From Oculina patagonica (lineage: Eukaryota), in assembly GCF_052425735.1 (NCBI RefSeq), contig NC_135763.1, forward strand, positions 37,882,001 through 37,946,000: DNA of 64,000 bases, given 5' to 3'. Position 1 is the first letter of the stretch. Every line of letters begins with the position of its first letter. The position numbers were made by a program, and so were the translations under genes. The notes beneath the pieces were generated by a model, which was not told the origin of the DNA, ran no database searches, and saw only the letters and a program-made list of their open reading frames with translations. This document shows, piece after piece, positions 18,942 through 30,309 of this stretch.

Positions 18942-19512
18942 AGACTTGAATCGTTTGGTGCAATATTACAAAGGCGAAATCACGGACAATGCATTGTTGA
19001 ACAAAGCGGCTCGCATAGCAGCCGAAAGTCACTTGCTGTTAAAAGATAAATCCGTTCCCGACGGTATCGCCGTGGCACGAGTGAAACCTCTCGCTCGCGA
19101 ACGGGCTCGTTTGACCAAACGGATACGTCAATTTCCCATGGGAGGAGTAACAGCCAGACGGCCGGGCGAAGAAGCGGAGGAGGAGGAGGAGGAGGAGTTG
19201 GAGAATGTAGGTTTGGTGACGGGACCCGTGGAGACCATGTTGAAACAACTCATAAAAGGGAGTGCCAAGAAATCACCTCCCACAGTCACCCCGAAGGCGA
19301 CAAAGAAAGCAAAAACGGCACCTGCGGGCAAACCGACATTGGCAGAGAGATTCAAGAGTTTAGAAGAGAAACTAAAGACGAGGAAAAAGCCAGCTGTGCG
19401 AAAAACGGAAGCCGAGAAACTGAAACCATTACCCGGTTGGGAAGATTGGGCCAAAGGCAAAAAGTTGAGACGAAAATTGGAGTATGACGAAGACCAAGAA
19501 GAAGAGGACTGA
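18910..19512 (+). CDS. Hypothetical Maverick protein (200 aa, acidic and basic tracts)
   Basis: Long tiled ORF with poly-E and a K-rich C-terminal half. Confidence 0.65.
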   Translation: MTEEVVMVPAKDLNRLVQYYKGEITDNALLNKAARIAAESHLLLKDKSVPDGIAVARVKPLARERARLTKRIRQFPMGGVTARRPGEEAEEEEEEELENVGLVTGPVETMLKQLIKGSAKKSPPTVTPKATKKAKTAPAGKPTLAERFKSLEEKLKTRKKPAVRKTEAEKLKPLPGWEDWAKGKKLRRKLEYDEDQEEED

Positions 19513-19849
19513 AAAAAAGACGACACGGCGACGACAACGCGGACGTGGGATCGACATTCAGAAGTGGCTCGGCAAGACTGGAATCGAATTTCACTGGCCC
19601 GGTTATCAGTACATGGGTCCCGGAACCAAATTGGCCAAGCGATTGAAACGCGGGGACCCGGGCATCAATCGATTAGACAAGATCGCCAAACAGCACGACA
19701 TCGATTACAGTCACGCCAAGAATCTAAGGGACAAGTGGAAAGCCGACGAGAAAATGATTAAAGCCATCAACAAATTACCTGGAAGTAAAACCATGACGGA
19801 ACGCATTGTCAAACGAATCATGCAAGCCAAGAAAAAGTTGAAACTTTAA
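19484..19849 (+). CDS. Parvovirus VP1u-type phospholipase A2
   Basis: PGYQYMGPGT Ca-binding loop and LDKIAKQHDIDY catalytic HD motif, preceded by QRGRG; AATAAA at ~19864. Confidence 0.9.
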   Translation: MTKTKKKRTEKKTTRRRQRGRGIDIQKWLGKTGIEFHWPGYQYMGPGTKLAKRLKRGDPGINRLDKIAKQHDIDYSHAKNLRDKWKADEKMIKAINKLPGSKTMTERIVKRIMQAKKKLKL

Positions 19850-19941
19850 TGTTGTTGAACACAATAAAGACGTGGTTAAACGTTTACATGTTGTCGTATG
19901 TGCATTCGATCACCGACTCGAGTAAACAAACAAAACTCTCT

Positions 19942-21042
19942 TACTCGTTCCCAGTACACCCGAGAAAGGGGGATACCCCCTCATCCCCCCTCTCTGACGT
20001 GTTTCTTTTTTTTTTAATACTTCACAAGCGTGCGTTTTCTCAGAATCGCTGACCTAGAAAAAGCAATGCAGACTCATCTGCGCATGCGTTTAGTGCCAGG
20101 AAGAACCATACCATAAGGAAGGCATGGCGCTTTCTGAGACAACCTTTGTGGTCTTCACAAGAGAGGTAACTAATTATCAATCGTGAGTGTATCGCGTAGA
20201 CTCATCTGCACATGCGTTTAGTGCAAAGTATTGAGTTCCAAATACCACAAGGACAGTATGGCACTTTGTGAACCATATCTATAGGATGGTGGTCTTGCTA
20301 AGTTTGTACACGTTCATTCCCAGGGTGCGCGGCCACTAGGGCTTCGCACACGTCTCGTTTGTAAACAACAGGTTTTTTTTAATCCAGTTATTAAAATGTG
20401 AAACTAGAAACTGCGTGTGTTGTCTTGCAGGGGTCTGGGGACGAACGAGAGTGTGACCGAGGTGGACTGGGAGCGAGTTAGGGCGTGGTCGGGTGGGTCT
20501 GGGACCGATGACGTAGGAGGCGACATGTCTTGAAAAAGGTCTGGGACGACACTGTGGCTGAGGACGGCCTGGGACCGAGTTTATGACCGTTGGGGTCTGG
20601 GACCGAGTCTCCAGCGTCCTGGGACCTACTCTCATGACGTCATCACCCTTCTGTCACGTGATTTTCTCTCTAAAGGCAAGCGCACCACTGCTGCTCTGTG
20701 ATTGGTATTTTCTGGTCTTGTCGTTTTTTTCCGCGCGGGGACTGGGACCGAGTTCATTCCCACCCTCCGGGGACTGGGACCGAGTCTCAAGCGTCCTGGG
20801 ACCGACTCCTATGACGTCAACACACCCCTGAGTCACGTGGTTTGCCCTTTTACACCTATTTTCTTGCCTTGTCGTTTTTTTCCGCGCGGGGACTGGGACC
20901 GAGTTCATTCCCACCGTTTGGGGACTGGGACCGACTCCTATGACGTCATCACCCTCCTAAGTCACGTGGTTTTCCCTTTTACGCATGCGCAGAAATGCTG
21001 CTCTGTGATTGGTCGACCGCCAGGAGAGCGGTCCTTACTACT
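19942..21042 (-). repeat. Right terminal inverted repeat of the Maverick
   Basis: Reverse complement of 701-1800, ending in CTTACTACT. Confidence 0.97.
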
Positions 21043-21083
21043 CACATGGAAGGATGGTAATTGGCCTGTAGTTCTCTTTAGAA
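21043..21083 (-). mobile_element. 5' stub of the interrupted LINE
   Basis: Encodes SKENYRPITILPC, which joins in frame to VNKVLEK at the left flank. Confidence 0.85.
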
Positions 21084-21323
21084 AGCTTGCGCGATTTTTC
21101 GCGCAACACCTTCCCAGAATTCTGTTCAACATGGCCTGGACGCGCGCGCGAAATGTTGCGAGTTGGCGCTGCGCTGAAATCGTCACGTGTAACATGCATG
21201 TTGCCAAGTACATTTTGCACGATGTTGCGCGACAAGTTGATTCGTTTAACATACCACGAAAAGTTGACGCGGTGTTGCGCGAAAAATCGTTGTTTCAAGT
21301 TGCCCAGTGTCACATCACTTTTA
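21084..21323. mobile_element. Partial palindromic MITE
   Basis: CGATTTTTCGCGCAACAC and GTGTTGCGCGAAAAATCG form an inverted pair; one end is lost at the LINE junction. Confidence 0.55.
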
Positions 21324-21824
21324 ATTTCTAGAATCAAAATTTCTTTAAAAAAAACACACATGTTTACAAAACTTACTGTATTTGGCATGAAGAGTACCAA
21401 TGAAAAAAACGATCACCAGGAAGATGAGAATCTGTCTTTTGACAAGTCCCATTCTAGGACGCGTTTTCTTTAGGTGACTACTGCCATTGCTTCGACGAAC
21501 GAACGTTAATTAAAATTGAATTATATACGTCATAATATTCCCGGCTTTCTTTTCGAGCTCAAATTTCAGTTTCGTTCTGTTTGTTTATAGCGACATCGCC
21601 AACATTTTCACCAAAATTAAAAAGGTTTTGCTGTAAAAATGGAAAACATACATTTCTTATCTCGGGAGTGTGCTAAATCAAATTAAGCGGTAGCCTACAA
21701 GCAGGATCACATTAAGGTCACACGCGCGAGCGACAAAACTGCCACAGCGAGTCGGAGAGCAAAGCGAGCCTGCAAGCGATGCACAAAAAATTGAGCCTGC
21801 TCTAATCTCTTTTATTATTCCTAC

Positions 21825-22410
21825 CTATATGGAGGAGATATATGGAGCAGAGTTGTCCCTGGTAGTAGGGCTACCCTCTCCCCCAAGCTATCTTTTGCCG
21901 AGCGTTTATATGAAAAACTTGTCCCTGTTGACCGAGCCAAAACTTGGCCCTCTAGGTTTAAAAGACTGGCGAGAGTTGTTTTGAAACATCTATTATGTCT
22001 GCCTTTTTAAAATGAGGAACGTTGAAACATCGACCACGACCATTTTTTGGACAAATTTACCGCCGACTTTAATTTCAATGTATCTGCAATTTTGTTTTGG
22101 TCGACTGCAGCGTTTGCGCATGCTCTGTATGTGTCAACTTGTCCCGACTTGTCCCTGGTAGGCGAGGCGAAAATAACCAAACTGTTTATATTGAAAAAAG
22201 TTGGCTCGCTCCCCAGGGTCACCCTACCTTCAAAGCGAGTTACCCTCCACCCAGGGTCACCCTGCCCCCCGAGCCAACTTTGCAATTTCTCATATAAACA
22301 GTTCGCAGCTATTTATAAAGAAACGTATAAAAAGTTCTCTCGCCCGGGGTGGCTCGGTATGGAGGGTAACCCTCCTATCAGGGACAACTCTCCTCCATAT
22401 AAACAGGCCC
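21825..22410. mobile_element. MITE-like element
   Basis: TATATGGAG..GAGTTGTCCCTG and CAGGGACAACTCTCCTCCATATA inverted ends. Confidence 0.6.
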
Positions 22411-22476
22411 TAAGTAAAGTGAAGTACAATTAATACGGGAACGAGAGAAAGGTAAAAAACTGACTAAATCTTTAAC

Positions 22477-22630
22477 TACCTTACTGTTACTTGTTTTCGC
22501 GGAACTCTATTGTATTTTTATGTTAATTGCGTTTTTTTTTTCGCCAAATCGCGAAAATTAGGTCCCGCGAAATATGCACGTTCCAGCTTCGCGAAATTAA
22601 GTTCCCGCGAAAATAAGTAACAATAAGGTA
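22477..22630. mobile_element. TA-flanked MITE (Tc1/mariner-like)
   Basis: TACCTTACTGTTACTT...AAGTAACAATAAGGTA ends with internal CGCGAAA repeats. Confidence 0.6.
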
Positions 22631-23109
22631 GTTTTTTCGTTTTTTTTTCTTTTCGATCAGCATGCATCTTGGATGTTTCTGACAAGTATCTAGTATATTT
22701 CTCACATACCTTCTCTTTTCAGTGAAGCTTCACGTAAACTGAACAGTGTCCAAATGTTCTAACAAATCAATTCCCAGCAAAAACTAATGTGAAATTACAC
22801 AAGCGCGACAAGCTTTACTGCGAGTACAAAATGCTGTTAGATTTCAATGGTGCAGTTTTGTGTAGTGTGGGAAGGATAAATGATTTTGTCTTGACTTATT
22901 CACCCTGCCATTGATGGTCGTTGGGGTTGCATGTTTTTATCAGCGTTGAAATTTGTCGTACGCGCGGAAAATCCCTATAGCCATTTCTCGTTACCCTGAA
23001 GGCGAAAACAACAAGATGGGTACACACATTGCTCCCCAAAACCACCCAAAAAAAGAGAATGACATTCTCTTTGTTAGTTTTTTTTTTATAAAGCAAAACG
23101 ACTTTGAAA

Positions 23110-23860
23110 CGATTAAGGATTAGATGCAGTGTATTTTAGTTTCAGTTTTTATAACGTTCAGAAGTAGTAAAACACTGCGGTGCTTCCCAGCCAGCAGCTC
23201 CACTGATGCTGGATCCAGCTTGGAAGTCGTCAGGAGGAACCATGGCAGACAGTTTCGGCCCCTACTCTCCGACTGCCTTCTGCCATGGCGGGGCCCCTCC
23301 CTAAGGAGGCTTCCCAAGAGCTGGTGCTGGCTGGGACATGAGTTAAAAAGAAAATAAAAAAATAGCCGAGCCACACTTTGTCATCACGCTTTAGCCAGAT
23401 AAAGTATGAGGCTTTCTCTGCTGCCTGTTGCAGGGCGGCTACCAACGTTCTCTGTTCTCTTGTGGTGAATCCAAACCGACCACGCATCAAGTTTGCCAGT
23501 TCTCGACTAACATACCCACGGAAACCTACAGCAAGGTGGTAATACTCTGGATTCCAGCCAGCCTCTTTACAAGCATCAATTAGTTCCTCGTACCGCCTGT
23601 ATTTCCGGTCCTCTGCATCTCCAAAGTTCTCTTCCCACGGCACTGTTAATTCAAGCAAGATCACTTGTTTGGCATCGTCACTCCACACTACAACATCCGG
23701 ACGTTGGCTTGTTGTTACAATGGGAAAAACAAGGGCACTGTCCAAGTCAGCCGCCACCTTCCATGTTCCCTGCCAAGGGAAATATTTAGGTTCATGCTTT
23801 CTGTCACAGCTTTTGAACAACCCTTCAGTTAATATAACTGGCCGTATCTGGATGACGCGT
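23110..23860 (-). mobile_element. 5'-truncated RLE-type non-LTR retrotransposon (HERO/NeSL-like)
   Basis: RPDVVVWS...VILLELTVPWEEN...RKYRRY...GFRG restriction-like endonuclease motifs followed by a GC-rich 3' UTR. Confidence 0.8.
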
Positions 23861-25593
23861 AGAGCAGGACATACCAATATACGTATATTGAATTGCAATC
23901 GTAACGCGAATCGCGTTTTTAAAACTTTACTTTACACGAGTAAGCGCAAAGGGCACTTTGATTTCTTTTATTGAAAGTTATGAAAGATTGACAGCGTAAA
24001 CAGTGGCGGTTCCAGACCTTCAGATAACGGGGGGGGGGGGGGAGGGGAGAGCCTCGAAGAACGAAGGGCTCTGTGGACATGGGAGTTTAGATAAATTCGA
24101 ATTTTTTTTATTGGCTGTTTGGAACAAAGAATTCCAAAACGGAAGTCGAAAATTTAACGACTCTCTCATGCATTCTTTTAAAACGTCATGACTGCAGGAC
24201 CGGAAGTCCTAGAATCTAGGACTGGAAATTCTGTGTCACCAGAGCTTTTCGTTTTCTCGTGCAAGGCCCAGCCGGCTAAGAGAAACGAAAGGGCTATGGG
24301 GACGAGAATGGGTGAACATGTGATAGTGATGTTCATTATAAGCCCCTCGGCCTTCCCAGTCCCCTACTTTTCCATTCAATCTCCACCCTTCCAAGATGGT
24401 AACTAATGACGATGAGTCCTAAAAAAATACTATTTACACACAAAAAAAAATACAATCCTGACAACTTCAGGTACAACATTTATTTATTTCCATACAACAT
24501 CTTTATTTGTACTGTTTATTACCTTTACAAAGATTTGATTCACATTATTTTGATTCATGACCTTTCATCTGTTATAACTTCGGCTGAGTTTCATGAATAA
24601 AGCATCTTGGATTTATTGGCCATATAAACATCATAGTCAAAATCTGATTGATAAATACCTCAATCAGGAACGACCGTACTTACATTTAATTTCAACACAC
24701 ATTCACGAGGAATATAAAACTACAAAGCTAGTTTAGTGTGTGACCTCTTCAGTTGGTTGCCATGTAAGAGTTTAATCTGTGATGACTTCATGTAACCACA
24801 TATGAAAAATATACCTAGATATCAAGTTCCAAACTGTTTATCTATATTTATTTTTAAGCTATATTTATAGTAAATTTAGTTGTTATTTCTAACTAAAGAA
24901 TTTGAGTAAATACATTAAGATTAAGATGAGCAATTAAACTACACAAGGTTTTAATGAACGTCAACCCTGCACATTTACATTTGTAAAATTTTCAAATGTA
25001 AATGTGTATGGCATTGGGACATTGAAATGGTATGTAATTTTATTACTCATCTTTCTCTTAAAGTATTCAAAAACCTTATTTTTTTATTATAGTTATTTAT
25101 AATGTTTCCGTTGGTTATTTTTTAACATAGCTGTTGTCATTTGGAAGCTGGTAACAAAGTTTATGTTTCATGCATAGCTACATGAAGTCATCTCAGGTTC
25201 AAATCTATTTTGACAACCGACTGAAGAGATCACAGACTAAACTGGTTTTGTAGTCACATATATTACATAAATGTGTGTTGAAAGTAAATGCAACTGAGAT
25301 CTTTCCAAATTAAGACACTGTTTTAAGTCATGCTTTCTTTTCAATTCAATTCTCCTTACTAATTCCCAAACATTTCTTTTAATGTTCATTCTGAGAGTTC
25401 CGTAGTGCATCAGGACAGTATCCTCTAGCTGATGATTGTCTTTATTCTCACTACTTGACTGATGGACAATAGATTAACTATGTATGGAGAAACCAGTTCT
25501 TAATCACTTTATCTTCTCAGTCATGTTTGTCAGTAACGACAGGACTTGGCAGTCACACAGCATATTCAACTGACTACGAGTATGTTCTTTCAG

Positions 25594-27818
25594 TCATTGA
25601 TCTCCACTGCCTTTGTTATGTAACAGTTGGGATGTGATGATATTCGCTTCACTTAGTGCTGGTGAATTGGCAAAGAAGTCAACAAATGCTTCACATTCTT
25701 CTAAGGATTCTGTTAGACTGGGAGTCTTGTGAAACAGATCTAGAGCCTGCAAACAAACAAAAACATAACTAAGATTTGCAAGCAAGAAATAACTGCTAGA
25801 AGAACTGGAACTGACTTACAGATACAGTAGTGCAACTGCTCGAATGGGGTCACTAGGAACATAGCTATGCTATGAAAAACATTACCGGTAAATTGAGAAC
25901 AAAAGGTGGCCACCTTAACACTGAAAAATATAGACTTTTTCACTTTTGCACTTCACGCTCTGTGAGCTCGACTTTAATATAGGGAAGTCTATGAAGAATA
26001 CAGCAAAATTTCAATCCAATTTCTTGATTGGTTTATCAACAGTTTTTGTTTGGCCAATCACAAAATGAGTTTTTGACAGAAAATTATGATCATTTGCTTC
26101 CAATTGTTTGTCTGCAATGCAGGCTACCAAGGATGGGAGTTTATAAAGATGCGTATGCTCTTGCTTGTGCATTGAAATGTTTTTTACTGTTTATGTGGTT
26201 ATCTTGATATTTTACTTATTTTGCAGGCCATTTTCCCGTATCTCAACTTAGCTAAAAGCATACAAATTATAATACCATTTTTCTTAGGCCCTCTATCTTC
26301 ACACCACAGCATCATCTCTGTTATTTAGCAAGGAAACTATATTGACACAACATTGATCCTTGTCTGTGGAGACTGTAGACTGGACCCCAACTATGAAGAC
26401 AAGATTAATAATCAGTAAAAATATAGCATCAGAAAATCAAAACCATGTCAATCAAGATGATAGGCAAGCTCTTATATCAACATATTCATACAACTTGTAA
26501 TAAATTGTTAGTCAAAAACATCCAAAGGTCATTACTAACTAATAAATTTACTTTGACTTTGATTTATTATGACTCACCCAGAAGAACACTGCTCGTTTCC
26601 CTGCACATTCATCTTTCTTGGAATACTTAGCCATGTTAGTCAACATCCAGTATCCCAAGCTGGAAGATCAAAGAAAACACAACGAAGATTAACCATTTAT
26701 GAAATTGTTCCATGTTATTTTGCTGTAACAACACATTCTCAAAAACACTTCACCTCAATTTGACAATTTATGTTGATTGACCATTTATGAATGCTCCATA
26801 TCTGTTGTTTTACTGTAATGTTCAGCACATTCTTGAAGACACACTTATGTGTAGTTTATAATTTGCAGAAAATATTTTTTTGGCTTTTTAGCATTATACA
26901 TAATTAAATTATGTTATTTATAACAGGCTGGTACTTGAGAGGGACAGGTAGCAGGCCATAGACTACCCCTTGATCAACACAGGCCAAGATATACAGGAAG
27001 GAAACCCTCGGATGTGAGCAAATTTGTTGTTCCGATCATACATCATGTAAACACTTCCCTACAACTGTAAAAATTCCAATAAGCTTCCAGTTCCTTCTCC
27101 TTGAAAATAAGTACAATAAAAATAAAAGTAACACAGACTTGAATAAATACCATTTTTCTTAGGTCCTCTATCTTCACACCACAGCAACATCTCTGCTATT
27201 TAGCAAGGAACCTACTGATCTGATCGGACTTGAACTCAACTAAGAAAAAAAGTTAAACGATCAGTAAAAATGTAGCATTAGAAAATGCAAACTCAGGCAA
27301 TATAGTCAAGCTCTGATACAACATACTTTTGCCACTGCATAATGATCTCTGTAATAAAAAGAAGTATCCCTATTTCCACAGACGCCTGGCTTAACGTTGC
27401 TTTGTAGAATGCAAACATGTAAATGGAAATTGCAGAAAATTCTTTTGGGATTTTGGGGGGTTATAAATATTATAAGCTTAAATATACGTTTTAACCATAA
27501 GTTAGGCAAGAACAGACACCATGCGAGACTCCCCTGGATCCAACGTGAGTCCAGATCTACTGGGAAAAAAGCCCCTGGTTCATTTTTACAACGTCAAAAT
27601 TGCGTTTAAAACTTACATGAAAGGACGACAGTGGACTTATTCAACCTGGTGTGATTTCCAAGAAAAGCGGGTTTACAAACTGTACATGTCAAAATTCGTA
27701 ACTCACCGTTCGCCATCTTGAATGGGAAAGTAAAACTGCTGGTCATCTACTGTTTGTACTGTCGTCTCAAGAGACTCTTCTCTGGTCCCAGGGTCTTCTC
27801 TTCTTTTGAGGTTGCAGG
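25594..27818 (-). CDS. Unidentified host gene, last three coding exons (27818-27707, 26659-26578, 25746-25594)
   Basis: GT/AG sites and phases join into ...FYFPIQDGER-LGYWMLTNMAK...AVFFW-ALDLFHK...GDQ*. Confidence 0.55.
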
Positions 27819-28689
27819 CTGTGCAAGAAAAAATCGTTCACAAAATCGCAAATTTTATACTAGGCATTCGTATTCCAACGTAGCCCTGCCATAGCCCTTC
27901 ATAGCCATATATAAGCATACCTTACACATACATATCCAAAAATAGCGTTACAGGTGGATATCGATAGTCATCCAGGCGATCCATAGCCGCCATTTTGAAA
28001 ACTCGTCGCCAAGAAGGCCCTGGGGACAAGGTTGGCAAAAACCTGAAAAATAATAAGAACGAAATGCAAACTGATCCGCACAGCAAAAAGAAAAGATCGA
28101 TCAGTTAATTACAGGAAAAATAATCGATTTTTTTTTAAAAAAAATCCTTTGATTCAATCTCTTCTCCTTACTCTGATCATTAGTTTTCAACAACTAATAA
28201 AGTAAGTTTGACCGTACGGTTGGGTGACAAACTGTAATTTCCAATATTTCGTCCACCATGGCCTGACTTCTTCAGGGATGAACTGTGTAGTTCATTCCCT
28301 GAAGAAGACACAGCAAAGCCGGACAAGCCTGATTTCATCAGGGAATGAACTAAACAGTTCATTCCCAAAGAACTCAGGCCATGTCAGGCCGTGCCGTGAG
28401 TTCTTCAGGGAATGAACTGAAGAACTCACTGCACGGCCTGACAGAGGGGGTGAATTGGTTCGCGGATCGACAGATTTCAAATCAGATCTCAAAAAGCGTA
28501 CCGATTACGGATTTTTGCGATACATTGTGCGCATTCAAGATTTCGAAAATACAGCGGATCGCAGATTTTGACCGGATTCCGTGTCAAGAAGTTCAGATTG
28601 CGGTTTTTTCGGTCTTCTTTGGTATGTTGGCGCAATTTTTAGCGTCCCAGTCGAGTGTTGAATATACCAGTCAACACTGTAATTCTCAG

Positions 28690-29190
28690 AATAAATACGT
28701 GAGATTTGGAATTCAGAAGAATTTTCTGACGTTAATTGAAAATATTCTGAGATGTTCGAAGATGTTCGGTAATCGATGTACTGAAGCTGCCGAAGACGTC
28801 CGAAGCTTTACGAAGATTTTCAGAGTACCCGGAGTTCCGAAGATGTTCCTGACGTTTTTTGAATTTTTTCGGAGATGTTCGAAGATGTTCGGTATACGAT
28901 GTACGAACGCTGCCGAAGATGTCCGAAGCTTTCCGAAGATCTTCAGAGTAACCAGAATTCCGAACAGTTTTCTGACGATTTTTTTCAAACTTTCCTGAGA
29001 TGTTCGAAGATCTTTGGTATACGATACGGATGCTACCGAAGATTTCCGAAGGTTTCCGAAGATCTTCAGAGTATGCAAAATTCAGAAGATGTTTTTAACG
29101 CTTTTCGAATATATTCCGAGATGTTCGAAGATGTTAGGTATACGGTGTATACGGACGCTTCCGAAGATGTCCGAAGCTTTCCGAAGATTG
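28690..29190. repeat. Tandem repeat, ~4 units of ~125 bp rich in CGAAGAT
   Basis: Recurring GAGATGTTCGAAGATGTTCGGTATACGAT...CCGAAGATGTCCGAAGCTTT. Confidence 0.85.
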
Positions 29191-29579
29191 CTTTGGCAAC
29201 GATTGTTATAATGATTTATCCTGAGCGAGTTTGTGGCTTCGTGCCCACTACCACAGTGCGTCTGGACTCGGTTTGGAGGTTTCGATCATTCAGACTTTGT
29301 TCCGAAATTTAATCGAATTCACATACCGCTCGGTATAGGAGCTAGTAGTTCGATTTTCTGAGACAGGCGTGCGCTAAGAAGAAAAGTAAGTAAAAGTAAA
29401 ACTCCCATTTATCTACCATATTGGAAATGAAATTAAAAAATAAATAAATAAAGGATACCAGTTTTCCTCGTCCGGATCTGAAAAGGTGAAACAAAAAGAA
29501 AAAGAAAAAAAAATAGGAAAAAAAGAAGAAGAAGAAACGCACCCGAATTGGCACACTAATTTGGAAGGCGAGTATCATA

Positions 29580-30010
29580 ACCACTATGTTATACTTACAT
29601 AGCCATAAAGAGTCATATTGTAATACATGGACCTACATAACCTTACATTGTCTTACATGACCATTATTAATACACTTTAATTACATGGCCATACATAACC
29701 TACATAACCTTACAGAGTCATACATGATCATACATACGGTCATTAATACACATTGCCCTGTAACTCTACATGGACTTTCATAGCCATACATTAACATACA
29801 TGAACCATCATAACCTAACAGAGTGATACATAACCATTATTTAGATACAATTCTAGATTTTTATCTTCCCCGTTATCCCCTACATGGTCTTACATAGACA
29901 TACATTAACATACATGAACCTTCATAACCGTACAGAGCTACATGACCATTATTCAGATACAGGTTTAGATTTTGCCCAAGCCCACCCTAATGGTCTTGCA
30001 TAGCCGTACT
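29580..30010. repeat. Degenerate CATACATAACC-type minisatellite
   Basis: Repeated TACAT/ACCAT motifs. Confidence 0.65.
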
Positions 30011-30309
30011 TCATCTTGCGAGCAGCCACGGTCTTCTTCCTGTCTAACGTGATTCATAACTGACAAGTTAGTATTCTTAACAATTATTCCACAAGCGCGC
30101 ATGTTGGGTATGAGGTGGCCGGCTATTATCATCTCATATCCAACAAGCGCGAGTAGAATAATTGTTTTACTAAAACAAAAACGAAAATACGATTTTTTTT
30201 TTTTGCAAAATATTAAGGACCTTAGAAAGACTGAGGGAATAATTTTCTTTTCAGAGGTCAGGATTTACATGCAATGTAGCAGTTTCATTTATTAAAATCA
30301 TTTTCAGGC

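Larger units (their letters stand above)
701..21042. mobile_element. Complete Maverick/Polinton (adintovirus-like endogenous dsDNA virus)
   Basis: AGTAGT...ACTACT termini, ~1.1-kb TIRs, 6-bp TSD CACATG (695-700 and 21043-21048), and pPolB, integrase, PX, MCP, protease and ATPase ORFs without visible disruption. Confidence 0.98.

Noticed and set aside
28381-29312. ORFs of 120-205 aa
   Set aside because: They arise from a ~125-bp tandem repeat that is open on both strands.
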